Part shown: piece after piece, positions 11,217-19,285 of the stretch | How positions within the stretch are numbered: the first letter of the stretch is position 1 | Layout of the letters: every line of letters starts with the position of its first letter | Origin: Desulfotalea psychrophila LSv54 | GTDB taxonomy: Bacteria > Desulfobacterota > Desulfobulbia > Desulfobulbales > Desulfocapsaceae | Assembly (NCBI RefSeq): GCF_000025945.1 | Contig: NC_006138.1 | Coordinates: 3,060,001-3,092,000 of the forward strand | DNA length: 32,000 nt | Reading direction: 5' to 3' | Notes under the pieces: generated by a model | Told to the model about the DNA's origin: nothing | Seen by the model: the letters and a program-made list of their open reading frames with translations, nothing else | Databases searched by the model: none | Made by a program: the position numbers and the translations under genes

Positions 11217-11498
11217 CAGTAGGGTCAATATAGGAAATCTCTCTATGGGTCGAATGGCCCCAGCACAATAGAAAAATCATATATACAAAAATTCTGCCCT
11301 GAGCCGCCCCAGCCCCTTCTCTCCACATTGGCATGGCCGCTGATGATCAAACCGACCTGCCCATGGATCAGGGCAAGCAGGTAGTTCGTAAGTCCAGGGG
11401 TAACATCAGTATCGGCAATGGTCTGACAGGGGTCCGAACGGACAAGGCGATTATTGCAACGCCAGATTACCGATGAAGGTGGCCAAACAGTGACGTCA

Positions 11499-12155
11499 TT
11501 AGTTCAAGCCCTTAATTTTTTTTAGGGCGAGCAGAGTCTCTTCAGGCTCCGTACGGTAAGAGTAATCGGGGTTGACATCAACCGAGGCAATGACACCATC
11601 CTGATCGATAAGATAGCGGGCAGGCATGGCCAAAGTCCAGGAGTCGTCTCCGTTGAGACGTTCCAGATCCACCTCAAAGGAGCGATAAATCTCCTTGAGA
11701 TCTTCAGGGATGGGGTAAACAAGACCGAAGAGTCCGGCTACCCTGTTGCCGGTGTCGGTAAGGATTTCAAAACCAAGTTCCGAGTCCCGGACAATTTGCC
11801 GACTAAAGGGCTGCCTCTGGGGAGAGATGGCCAGAATGGTTGCTCCCTCCAATTTAATTTGCGGAAGGACCCCGTTCAGAGCTTCCAGCTCTGCAAGGCA
11901 GTAAGGTCACCACTGTCCTCGGAAAAAGGTGAGCACAAGAGGCCCCTTCTCCAAATAGGAGGAGAGGGGGATAGCGTTGCCAGTAGTATCGGCAAGGGTG
12001 AAATCTGGCACCTGATCTCCAACCTTCAGCACCTTGCCGAGGATACCGGAGTGCTTCAGATCTTCATTGACTCGGTGCATGATCTTAATCACCTCTACAG
12101 ATGCACTCTCTGCGAACTCGGTGCGGATGGCGTCAAGTTTGTCTTGTAGTTTCAT
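11499..12155 (-). CDS. AhpC/TSA-family peroxiredoxin-like protein with in-frame TGA (11907-11909), candidate selenoprotein
   Basis: The listed ORFs 11907..12155 and 11499..11852 are in the same frame (start difference 303 = 101 x 3) and are separated only by TGA: ...GPLVLTFFRGQW-[TGA]-PYCLAELEALNGVLPQIKLEGATILAISPQ... Full reading is about 218 aa. The TGA falls where the family has a Cys (FxRGxWCPYC). Confidence 0.88.
11868..11908 (-). promoter_or_regulatory. SECIS-like stem-loop immediately downstream of the in-frame TGA
   Basis: Coding-strand RNA UGACCUUACUGCCUUGCAGAGCUGGAAGCUCUGAACGGGGUC. Perfect 6-bp upper stem CAGAGC/GCUCUG (11893-11888 / 11882-11877), 5-nt loop UGGAA with G at position 2, apical loop 19 nt after the UGA, outer GACC/GGUC pairing. 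Confidence 0.65.
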
Positions 12156-12424
12156 GGAACTGTCCTCTGCTTAAGAGTTAGTCTAATCTCTTCTCAACTG
12201 GCTTCGCCAGAATGGCACGGCCGAGACAAGCCAAAGAATCCCCCTACTGTGCTCATTGCCCAGAATCCAGCTGGTCATCTCGTTCTCTTTCAGTATACCT
12301 CCCCCATGATATCACGATGTCCCTGCAGGCTCAAATCCAGGCCGAGGAGAGACCGTTAGCAAAGGCAAGCATCCTCTCTGAGAGAGAATACCTGCTCTAA
12401 TGCTGAACAGCTATCCTGAAGCGA

Positions 12425-13006
12425 TCATCGCCTTACACTTACCATGGCCAGACCAACCACCTCGTCAATGGATGGCCGATCGGCGCCGCCCTTGACCATA
12501 ACAAGCACGCCAACCAAGAGGGCAAAAAGGTAGTTTGTCAGGCCCTTAATATGCTTCTCTTTGGGGATATGCCCCTGGACCTGAGCGGCGCGGAGGCAGA
12601 GCTCAAAATCAGCCTTTTGCAAATCCCAGTGGTACTCTAACAGCTTTAGGGCCATCTCACCAAGCTGCGACCTCTCAACCACCGTGGTGACCAACAGACA
12701 ACCATTGCCGCTTCTTGCGTAGGCATAATCAAGCCGATAACGAAAGAACTCCTCGATATTTGCCAGACCCAGGGGCTGGCGACGCAGCACATGCCCCCCC
12801 CCCTGATCAATGGCCCGGACATAATTATCAAGACATTCACTAAAAAGACCATCTTTACTACCGAACTCCTGATACATGCTATGCTTATTAAGCTTGGTCG
12901 CCTTAACCAAGTCATTAACAGAGGCCCCTTTATAACCCTTATCCAGAAACTCTAAGGTAGCTGCGTCCAGAACTTTCTGGGTATCATACTCTTTATGTCT
13001 ACCCAT
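12425..13006 (-). CDS. TetR-family transcriptional regulator
   Basis: MGRHKEYDTQKVLDAATLEFLDKGYKGASVNDLVKATKLNKHSMYQEFGSKDGLFSECLDNY is a canonical TetR N-terminal HTH. Likely start at 13006; ORF open to 13024. Confidence 0.93.
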   Translation of the reverse strand: MGRHKEYDTQKVLDAATLEFLDKGYKGASVNDLVKATKLNKHSMYQEFGSKDGLFSECLDNYVRAIDQGGGHVLRRQPLGLANIEEFFRYRLDYAYARSGNGCLLVTTVVERSQLGEMALKLLEYHWDLQKADFELCLRAAQVQGHIPKEKHIKGLTNYLFALLVGVLVMVKGGADRPSIDEVVGLAMVSVRR

Positions 13007-13095
13007 CTCTCTCCTCCTCTTCAACTGTCACTATATGACAAAAGGTCCTTCTAACATGAAAAATTAAAGGGCTAAAAAATCACCCTCTGGCAACG

Positions 13096-14175
13096 CTAAT
13101 CCCGCTCAGCGCCACAGTGCTGGCAGTGAGGCAGAAGGGCATGACGAATCTTATGGCAAACCGGACACTCCTCATGAAGGCAGGTACCGCAGGCAGGACA
13201 GGTATATGCCTCATCCTCACCGAGGTACTCCCTCTGCAGGGCTACCTTACCCACTGTCCTTCGGGTCCAGTAGAGAAACTTACGGGGCCCGCGCCGGATG
13301 GGATACTCACAGACCGGACAGAGAAAACATTCATAGGCCTCTCGATACTGTTTTGTCAACCACTGTGCCTTAGGAAAGGCCACCACCCTGATAAAGTGGA
13401 TAAGGAGTCTGGCCACCGCAATAAGGAGAACGCCGATGAGAATATACTTAAAATATTTTTTAGGGAAATACTCATGGATGACCAGGGTGACCTTGAGCAG
13501 GGTCGCTCCCCCGAAGGCGAAAAAAAGTGGGAAATAGATACTTCCACGTTTTTTAAGGATCAAAATGGCGGCCAGAACGAGAAGAGGAAGGAGGATAAGG
13601 AGTTGCAGAGCCGCAAGCTTCAACCTATGGGCCCGATTGAGCCTATTATACTCTGCCCGAGCGGGTTTGCGTTGCTTATCCAGGCTCTGTTCCAGGGCCC
13701 TCTTCTCCCCTTCAAGCCCTTGCTTTTCGGCCATCAACTTCGACAGCTCCGTACTAAAGCCCTGATAGTTTTCCTGACTCTGGAGAAATTTGCTCAGGGT
13801 GGTTGAGAGATCACTCTGCTCCGTATCCGGCAGGGCAACTCCCTTCTGAATGCTCAGTTTCTGCAGCTCAATAAGCTGCTGGATGGTCTGCTGAAGGTTC
13901 TGGGAGCTATCGCCGACAACCCGCTGATCCTCCTTCATGCTGACAATCCGCCGGCCCAGATCGGTTATCTCCCCCTTAAGGGTTGTGCTCTTCCCCACCA
14001 GAGCAGAATCTATATGCTGTTTCTCAATCTCCACATAACGCGGCCCCCTGATGGACTTGATATCCTGCACCAGAAAACCAAGAGACCAGAAGATCAGAAC
14101 GGCCAGACTCAGGGTAAAAAAATGGGTGGCAAAACGATTTATCCACGGCCCCTTGGGCTTCTGTTCACTCTTCAT
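13096..14175 (-). CDS. Hypothetical membrane protein with N-terminal TM, coiled-coil, TM cluster and C-terminal double zinc ribbon
   Basis: TM (FFTLSLAVLIFWSLGFLV), long charged/Gln-rich helical stretch, TM cluster (LAALQLLILLPLLVLAAILIL, YFPLFFAFGGATLL, YILIGVLLIAVARLLIHFI), then CPVCEYPIRRG, CPACGTCLHEECPVCHK, CQHCGAE. Confidence 0.8.
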   Translation of the reverse strand: MKSEQKPKGPWINRFATHFFTLSLAVLIFWSLGFLVQDIKSIRGPRYVEIEKQHIDSALVGKSTTLKGEITDLGRRIVSMKEDQRVVGDSSQNLQQTIQQLIELQKLSIQKGVALPDTEQSDLSTTLSKFLQSQENYQGFSTELSKLMAEKQGLEGEKRALEQSLDKQRKPARAEYNRLNRAHRLKLAALQLLILLPLLVLAAILILKKRGSIYFPLFFAFGGATLLKVTLVIHEYFPKKYFKYILIGVLLIAVARLLIHFIRVVAFPKAQWLTKQYREAYECFLCPVCEYPIRRGPRKFLYWTRRTVGKVALQREYLGEDEAYTCPACGTCLHEECPVCHKIRHALLPHCQHCGAERD

Positions 14176-14230
14176 CCCTCATCCCCTCTTCTATGTTTTG
14201 TTGATTGATCTGGTGATCCTGCCGTTTAAC

Positions 14231-14334
14231 ACCGATTTTGCAATAGGCTTTGATGGGCACGCTCCGCTTCGCCACTTCGCCACTTCGCTACCGCTTCGCT
14301 GTTGCCCATCCTACGGGCTGTGCCCATAAGGAGG
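14231..14334. repeat. Dispersed palindromic repeat, copy A (expanded loop)
   Basis: ACCGATTTTGCAATAGGC (14231-14248), then GATGGGCA (14252-14259) ... TGCCCATC (14303-14310). The loop holds CGCTTCGC/CACTTCGC-type short repeats. Ends CCTACGGGCTGTGCCCATAAGGAG, shared with copy B. Confidence 0.8.
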
Positions 14335-14357
14335 GCGTAGAATCGTGCTAATCCAGG

Positions 14358-14981
14358 CTAGTTAAACTCTACCATAATCTGATATACCTGTGGATTCAGT
14401 CTCTGCATATATTTATTGTCCGAGGAGAATCCCCCATCTCCCATGATCTGCCTGTAATCCTCCCCATCCCTATCTCCTGTGGCGCGGAGCCTGATAATTA
14501 CCCGATTTGCAGTCCCGCCAAATGCCTGCTCAAGAAGACCACTTTTCCAGGAAAGCACCGTTCCACCATAATCCCAGCCAAATCCTGCCAGCTTAAATGG
14601 CCTGCCATTCAGCTCTTCTATCTCCTGCAGACTGCTACCCATGGCGATGCCGTGGACTGATCTCCATAGACGGCCATTAAGAGTTAGCCGAGCCGGAGCC
14701 GTCTGTCCCTGATCTTGCCAGAGTATCTCGACAGAGTCACCGGAGTCGGCAAAGAGAACCTCTGTGCCTGTCTCATACATACCCTCCCCCAGGCTTATGG
14801 GCGTATCCTTAACGGCCTCCTCTCCATAGATCCTTATCAGGTCAGACCTACCTGTCTGAGGCCCTATCTCCCCAACCTGATCCTTTGAGAAGAGAAAATT
14901 TCCTGCCAGGGCCGGGGCGGAGCAGAGGAGGATCAATAAAAGAGAGATTAAAAGAGATCTGCGGTGGATAGTTCCTAGCAT
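14358..14981 (-). CDS. Hypothetical secreted/periplasmic protein
   Basis: 207 aa ORF with a signal peptide (MLGTIHRRSLLISLLLILLCSAPALAG). No family recognised. Confidence 0.7.
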   Translation of the reverse strand: MLGTIHRRSLLISLLLILLCSAPALAGNFLFSKDQVGEIGPQTGRSDLIRIYGEEAVKDTPISLGEGMYETGTEVLFADSGDSVEILWQDQGQTAPARLTLNGRLWRSVHGIAMGSSLQEIEELNGRPFKLAGFGWDYGGTVLSWKSGLLEQAFGGTANRVIIRLRATGDRDGEDYRQIMGDGGFSSDNKYMQRLNPQVYQIMVEFN

Positions 14982-15068
14982 GTTTTTCCTTTATGTGATT
15001 TATGATTTTTTGAGATTATATTAAATTGGTGGTTCAAGGGTCTGGCTTGGCAAAATGGCGGGATTACC

Positions 15069-15136
15069 ACCGATTTTGCAATAGGCATTGATGTAGGCTG
15101 GGCAGCAGTGCAACGGCGAAGCGGAGTGTGCCCATC
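15069..15136. repeat. Dispersed palindromic repeat, copy C (rearranged)
   Basis: ACCGATTTTGCAATAGGC (15069-15086) matches copy A exactly. GGCGAAGCGGAGTGTGCCCATC (15115-15136) is the reverse complement of copy A's GATGGGCACGCTCCGCTTCGCC with one mismatch. Confidence 0.7.
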
Positions 15137-15221
15137 TTCTGCTCATCGCCAAGACAGACTTATTTTTTGAATTTTAACAAAAATAGTCTGCGCCCTTTTC
15201 AACAACACCTTAGCAGATCGG

Positions 15222-15279
15222 CAGGCTTTGATGGGCACGCTCCGCTTTGCCCATCCTACAGACTGTGCCCACAAGGAGG
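15222..15279. repeat. Dispersed palindromic repeat, copy B (short loop)
   Basis: GATGGGCA (15230-15237) / TGCCCATC (15248-15255), embedded in AGGCTTTGATGGGCACGCTCCGCTT...GCCCATCCTAC..ACTGTGCCCA.AAGGAG, shared with copy A. Confidence 0.8.
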
Positions 15280-15314
15280 AATCTCTCATCAAACCATCCC
15301 TGCCCGCCTGAACT

Positions 15315-15434
15315 ACCATCTCACCCGCCTAATCTTTTGAAGAAAGAAAATCACCTGCCGAGGCAGAGGACAGAGAAGAAAAACAGGGAGAAATATTAAA
15401 ATAAATATGCGGTGCGCAGTTCCTCACATTTTTT
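15315..15434 (-). pseudogene. Decayed partial copy of the 5' end of the 14358..14981 gene
   Basis: 15315-15434 aligns by eye with 14865-14986 (e.g. ATCTTTTGAAGAAAGAAAATCACCTGCC vs ATCCTTTGAGAAGAGAAAATTTCCTGCC). Minus-strand reading gives ...SSLSSASAGDFLSSKD-stop against ...LLCSAPALAGNFLFSKDQ. Confidence 0.6.
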
Positions 15435-15514
15435 AGTAGCGTTGTATCTGAGGGTATATACCCACAGGTTGAGCAATTCTTGAATAGCATTTTGTAGTGC
15501 AATTAGTATATTTT

Positions 15515-16426
15515 CTATTTAAGAAACCCATAGAATTTACTAATAGATGACGCAAGAAGGCTGCCTGCTACACCCACATTTATATCCCACGCAGTTGTAC
15601 CCGTTTTAGAAATCATTTTTTTTACCCAAGTTGACACATTGCTACCGAAATTTCTTATTTTATGTTCTTCACAATCCTTGTCTAAGACTATAGCATCATT
15701 TAATTCATTTATATCTTTAGTACTTACACCATTTTCTCTAAGCAATGACTTCAAAGATTCTAAATCTTTTTTACTAACAACGTTGTTTATATTTTGCGAA
15801 TTAGAATTACCTACAACTATTGTAGTATTATCGCCAAATACTGCGTTATTAAATAGCTCGGACACACCAACCTCCTTTGACCTTGTTTTCATAGATTGAG
15901 AATCTAACTCTTCCGTAAAATTTTCAGAAACATCAAGCATAAACCCAAGCAGCCTCGAGGTCACCTCAGTTATAATTTGAGTCATTGCACCAGCTGAATA
16001 ACACCCCCAAGCTGATTCCACATAGAATTTGTCAGCCAGCCCGTTAGCTATATAACTATACATTTCAGGGGCTATTGTCATTTTAATATCACTTCCCCTA
16101 GAATACTCCTCTACAACAGCAATACTTTTTGTCATGTATGCTGTTTCAATTTTATCTCTGAGGTCATCTTCTAAATGCAAAGTTGGAAGAATATGATTTG
16201 TGGCTCGACAAAAACCATTACTGATATTGCCTTGTACTGTTAATCGCAGAATTCTATATTCAGGTAGCAAATCTTTGTTTGGATATCCTTGAAGCTCCCC
16301 GTTTACCCATTCAAGTAATTTTTTCTCTCCAAGTTTATGAAGCAACACTTTTGTTTTTAGCAAAGCCCCTGACAAATTAGACTCACCTGAGCTAAGCAAT
16401 TCAATTATATCTTCAATTATTTTCAT
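15515..16426 (-). CDS. AbiTii-domain-like protein (putative abortive-infection/defence-associated)
   Basis: N-terminus MKIIEDIIELLSSGESNLSGALLKTKVLLHKLGEKKLLEWVNGELQGYPNKDLLPEYRILRL fits the AbiTii pattern (helical, LA/LxxKLG, EWVxxELxGYxxxxxLPxYR). The C-terminal part has GDNTTIVVGNSNSQNINN and ends in WDINVGVAGSLLASSISKFYGFLK. Confidence 0.6.
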   Translation of the reverse strand: MKIIEDIIELLSSGESNLSGALLKTKVLLHKLGEKKLLEWVNGELQGYPNKDLLPEYRILRLTVQGNISNGFCRATNHILPTLHLEDDLRDKIETAYMTKSIAVVEEYSRGSDIKMTIAPEMYSYIANGLADKFYVESAWGCYSAGAMTQIITEVTSRLLGFMLDVSENFTEELDSQSMKTRSKEVGVSELFNNAVFGDNTTIVVGNSNSQNINNVVSKKDLESLKSLLRENGVSTKDINELNDAIVLDKDCEEHKIRNFGSNVSTWVKKMISKTGTTAWDINVGVAGSLLASSISKFYGFLK

Positions 16427-16765
16427 ATTTTTATGTATGACGATTAGATAATTGTATTATTGAGTGACAAGAAATTATTTTTCCTCTTTTATATGTTTTG
16501 CGATAAATCAATTTACAGAAAATGTCCATCTACACCTACCAACAGCCTCTCTACCCCAACTATTTAAAACCTAAAAAATACTAGCACCACCATTACTCCA
16601 TCGCAAGGATATTGACAAGAGGGGGTTAGTAGCACAGGGAGAGGTGGAAGCAGAGAAAGTGCGCGATTCACAAAAAAAAGGTTCGGGAGGCAATGAGGGC
16701 GAAAATATGGGAGGAAAACTTGACTCAAAAAGGGGCTGGTCTAAATTTTATCTCTACATTTCAAA

Positions 16766-16783
16766 TGTTTGTCCAGACAAACA
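16766..16783. promoter_or_regulatory. Near-perfect palindrome upstream of a GGDEF gene; possible operator
   Basis: TGTTTGTC-CA-GACAAACA (8-bp arms, 2-nt spacer) in a ~530-bp non-coding gap. Confidence 0.35.
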
Positions 16784-16956
16784 GTATTTAGCAACGACAC
16801 AATGAGCAGATAGTCACTACTGAATGGCTCTGTTAGCAATGAACAGGCCTTACTTTTTCTAAAATTTTACTGTTGCCTATTTTTCATTTTCCCTGTCATA
16901 TCGATTGTTCTGTAGATAAGGATTTTTATGTAATTTTATTTTGAAAGGAAGAGACA

Positions 16957-18105
16957 ATGGTGAATATGCTCAGGTGCTCTATTATTTTATACATCATACT
17001 CCTCCTCTCTCAATGCCTTCTCCTACTCTTAGTTGAAAGCGACGGGCTCAAACTCCTCGTCCTAGCAAACTGCATCCTCACCCTCCTGCTGAGCGGCGTA
17101 CCTTACCTCCATCATCGGCAGAGAGAGTTGGCCGACAGGGACCATGAGGCAAGCCCGGCGAAGAGGGAGATCTCTTGGCCAGTATTTCAAAAAATAGTTG
17201 AAGATATGCCCATCATGTTTGATGCTGTGGATGAAAACGGGGTGGTCCTCTTCTGGAATCGGGAATGCGAGAAGGTTACCGGATACAGCAGTGAAGAAAT
17301 TGTCGGCAACCCCCATGCCCTGGAGCTCTTCTACCCAGATCGGCTTCAGCGCGCCAGAAACCTTGCAGAGTTCCTTCAGTTCAACGGCAGCTACCGTGAC
17401 TGGGAGGTGGACCTCCTCTGCAAAGACGGTACAACGCGCACCATCTCCTGGTCAAATACCAGTCGTGAAGCCCCCATCCCCGGCTGGTACACCTGGGGTA
17501 CGGGCATAGATATCACCGAAGACAGAAGAGCAGAGCAACTCCTTATGGAGCTTGCCAGCCGGGACGAACTGACAGGACTGCTTAACCGACGAAAGATAAT
17601 GGAAATTCTTGATACAGAGATCAAAAGGGCCGCAGACAACAAGACAGCCCTGACCCTCTGTCTGGTGGACATCGACCACTTCAAGAAGGTTAATGATGTT
17701 CATGGGCACAGTGCCGGAGATACAGTTCTTAGATATGTGGCTGATACCATCAGAAGAGGCATTCGTAAGGCGGATAGGGTGGGACGTTATGGTGGTGAAG
17801 AGTTCTGCATCCTCCTGCCCCATACCTCCATTTCCGAGGCCAGCTTAGTCTTAGAGCGCATCCGCCAAGACATAGCAGCCATGACCTTTCCCCTGGATTC
17901 AAGTGACGAGCTTTCCCTCTCCATAAGCCTTGGACAGGTTCAGTATGCTCCAGCCATAAGAAGCCCCCGCCAACTGATCGACCTTGCCGACACCGCCCTC
18001 TACCGGGCAAAACGATCCGGCAGAAACAGACTCTGCACTGCTGAAGCAGATCTACCATTCAGCAAGCTACAAGAAGGGGCTGATTGCTCTCTCAGCGGGG
18101 TATAG
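16957..18105 (+). CDS. Membrane-anchored PAS-GGDEF diguanylate cyclase
   Basis: N-terminal TM segments, PAS (EDMPIMFDAVDENGVVLFWNRECEKVTGYSSEEIVG), PAC-like region, GGDEF with SRDELTGLLNRRKI and YGGEEFCILLP. Confidence 0.95.
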   Translation: MVNMLRCSIILYIILLLSQCLLLLLVESDGLKLLVLANCILTLLLSGVPYLHHRQRELADRDHEASPAKREISWPVFQKIVEDMPIMFDAVDENGVVLFWNRECEKVTGYSSEEIVGNPHALELFYPDRLQRARNLAEFLQFNGSYRDWEVDLLCKDGTTRTISWSNTSREAPIPGWYTWGTGIDITEDRRAEQLLMELASRDELTGLLNRRKIMEILDTEIKRAADNKTALTLCLVDIDHFKKVNDVHGHSAGDTVLRYVADTIRRGIRKADRVGRYGGEEFCILLPHTSISEASLVLERIRQDIAAMTFPLDSSDELSLSISLGQVQYAPAIRSPRQLIDLADTALYRAKRSGRNRLCTAEADLPFSKLQEGADCSLSGV

Positions 18106-18168
18106 AGACATGATTCTACTTGCCCCGGCCATTCCACCGAAGGAGAAATGGTCGAGGAAGACAAAAAA

Positions 18169-19188
18169 CTAAAGGTGATAGTAGTCGCGAAACCAGGCTA
18201 CGAACTGCTGAACACCGTGCCGGAGTGAGGTGGCCGGTTTATAGGCAAAATCACGGACCAGATCATCGACATTGGCATAGGTGGCCCGGACATCGCCCGG
18301 TTGCATAGGCATAAAATTCTTAATCGCCTTTTTCCCCAGGGCCTCCTCTATGAGCTCAATAAAGTAGAGGAGTTTCTCCTTATTGTTATTACCGATATTA
18401 TAGACCCTATAGGGGCAGTAGGAGGTGGCTGGATCTGGATTCTGGCCAGACCAATCAGGGTTTGCCTCCGGCTGTTTCTCTATAACCCGGCAGACACCTT
18501 CAACAATATCATCAATATAGGTAAAATCCCGTTCCATATCACCATTATTAAAGACATCGATGGCTCTCCCCTCAAGAATCGCCTTGGTAAAGAGGAATGG
18601 GGCCATATCAGGTCGACCCCAAGGGCCATAGACGGTAAAAAAGCGAAGACCGGTGGTGGGCAGGCCGTAGAGATGACTATAGGCATGGGCCATCAGCTCA
18701 TTGGCCTTCTTTGAGGCGGCATAGAGAGAGACGGGATGATCAACATTATCATGCACCGAAAATGGCATATTGGTATTGGCACCGTAGACCGAACTGGAAG
18801 AGGCATAGACAAAGTGTTTCACCCCGCTATGCCGGCATCCCTCAAGCAGGTTAACAAAGCCGACAATATTACTGTCCACATAGGAGTGGGGATTTTTCAG
18901 GGAGTAACGCACCCCCGCCTGGGCGGCAAGGTTTACCACCGCATCAAAGGAGTGGTCACTGAAGAGTTTTTCCATGGCGCCCCGATCGGCAATATCCAGC
19001 TGCAAGTGGGTAAAGCCCTCCCCCACGGCCTGGGTCTGCATCCGGTCACGCTTGAGTTGAGGATCATAGTAATCGTTAAGATTATCAAGCCCCACCACCT
19101 CGGCTCCGGCGGCAAGTAACTGACCTGAAAGACGCGCTCCAATAAAACCTGCTGCCCCCGTGACCAAGACCTTTTTTCTTATTACCAT
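18169..19188 (-). CDS. NAD-dependent epimerase/dehydratase, UDP-glucuronate 4-epimerase-like
   Basis: [107 protein letters not shown]. Confidence 0.93.
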   Translation of the reverse strand: MVIRKKVLVTGAAGFIGARLSGQLLAAGAEVVGLDNLNDYYDPQLKRDRMQTQAVGEGFTHLQLDIADRGAMEKLFSDHSFDAVVNLAAQAGVRYSLKNPHSYVDSNIVGFVNLLEGCRHSGVKHFVYASSSSVYGANTNMPFSVHDNVDHPVSLYAASKKANELMAHAYSHLYGLPTTGLRFFTVYGPWGRPDMAPFLFTKAILEGRAIDVFNNGDMERDFTYIDDIVEGVCRVIEKQPEANPDWSGQNPDPATSYCPYRVYNIGNNNKEKLLYFIELIEEALGKKAIKNFMPMQPGDVRATYANVDDLVRDFAYKPATSLRHGVQQFVAWFRDYYHL

Positions 19189-19220
19189 TTCCCCTCTCCT
19201 CTCAGCCCAATGGGGCCATT

Positions 19221-19249
19221 AAAAAACCCCGGAAATAGGTTCCGGGGTT
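19221..19249 (-). terminator. Rho-independent terminator for the fba-like gene
   Basis: Minus-strand AACCCCGGAA-CCTAT-TTCCGGGGTT followed by TTTT (A6 run at 19221-19226 on the plus strand, partly inside the stem). Confidence 0.85.
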
Positions 19250-19285
19250 CCCCTGTTTCAAACATGCAAAGAGCTCCGACGGAGA

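Noticed and set aside
11499-12155. Peroxiredoxin treated as a frameshifted or nonsense pseudogene
   Set aside because: Both halves are in the same frame, the single TGA is precisely at a cysteine position of a redox motif, and a SECIS-like hairpin follows. Selenocysteine is the better explanation, though it depends on Sec machinery elsewhere in the genome.
13117-13806. 229-aa plus-strand ORF
   Set aside because: Antisense to the zinc-ribbon membrane protein gene; low-complexity charged sequence. The minus-strand frame has coherent TM and CxxC architecture.
14231-14334. CRISPR-like short repeats (CACTTCGC/CGCTTCGC)
   Set aside because: Units are only ~8 nt, contiguous and without spacers. 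They are better explained as loop expansion in a palindromic repeat.
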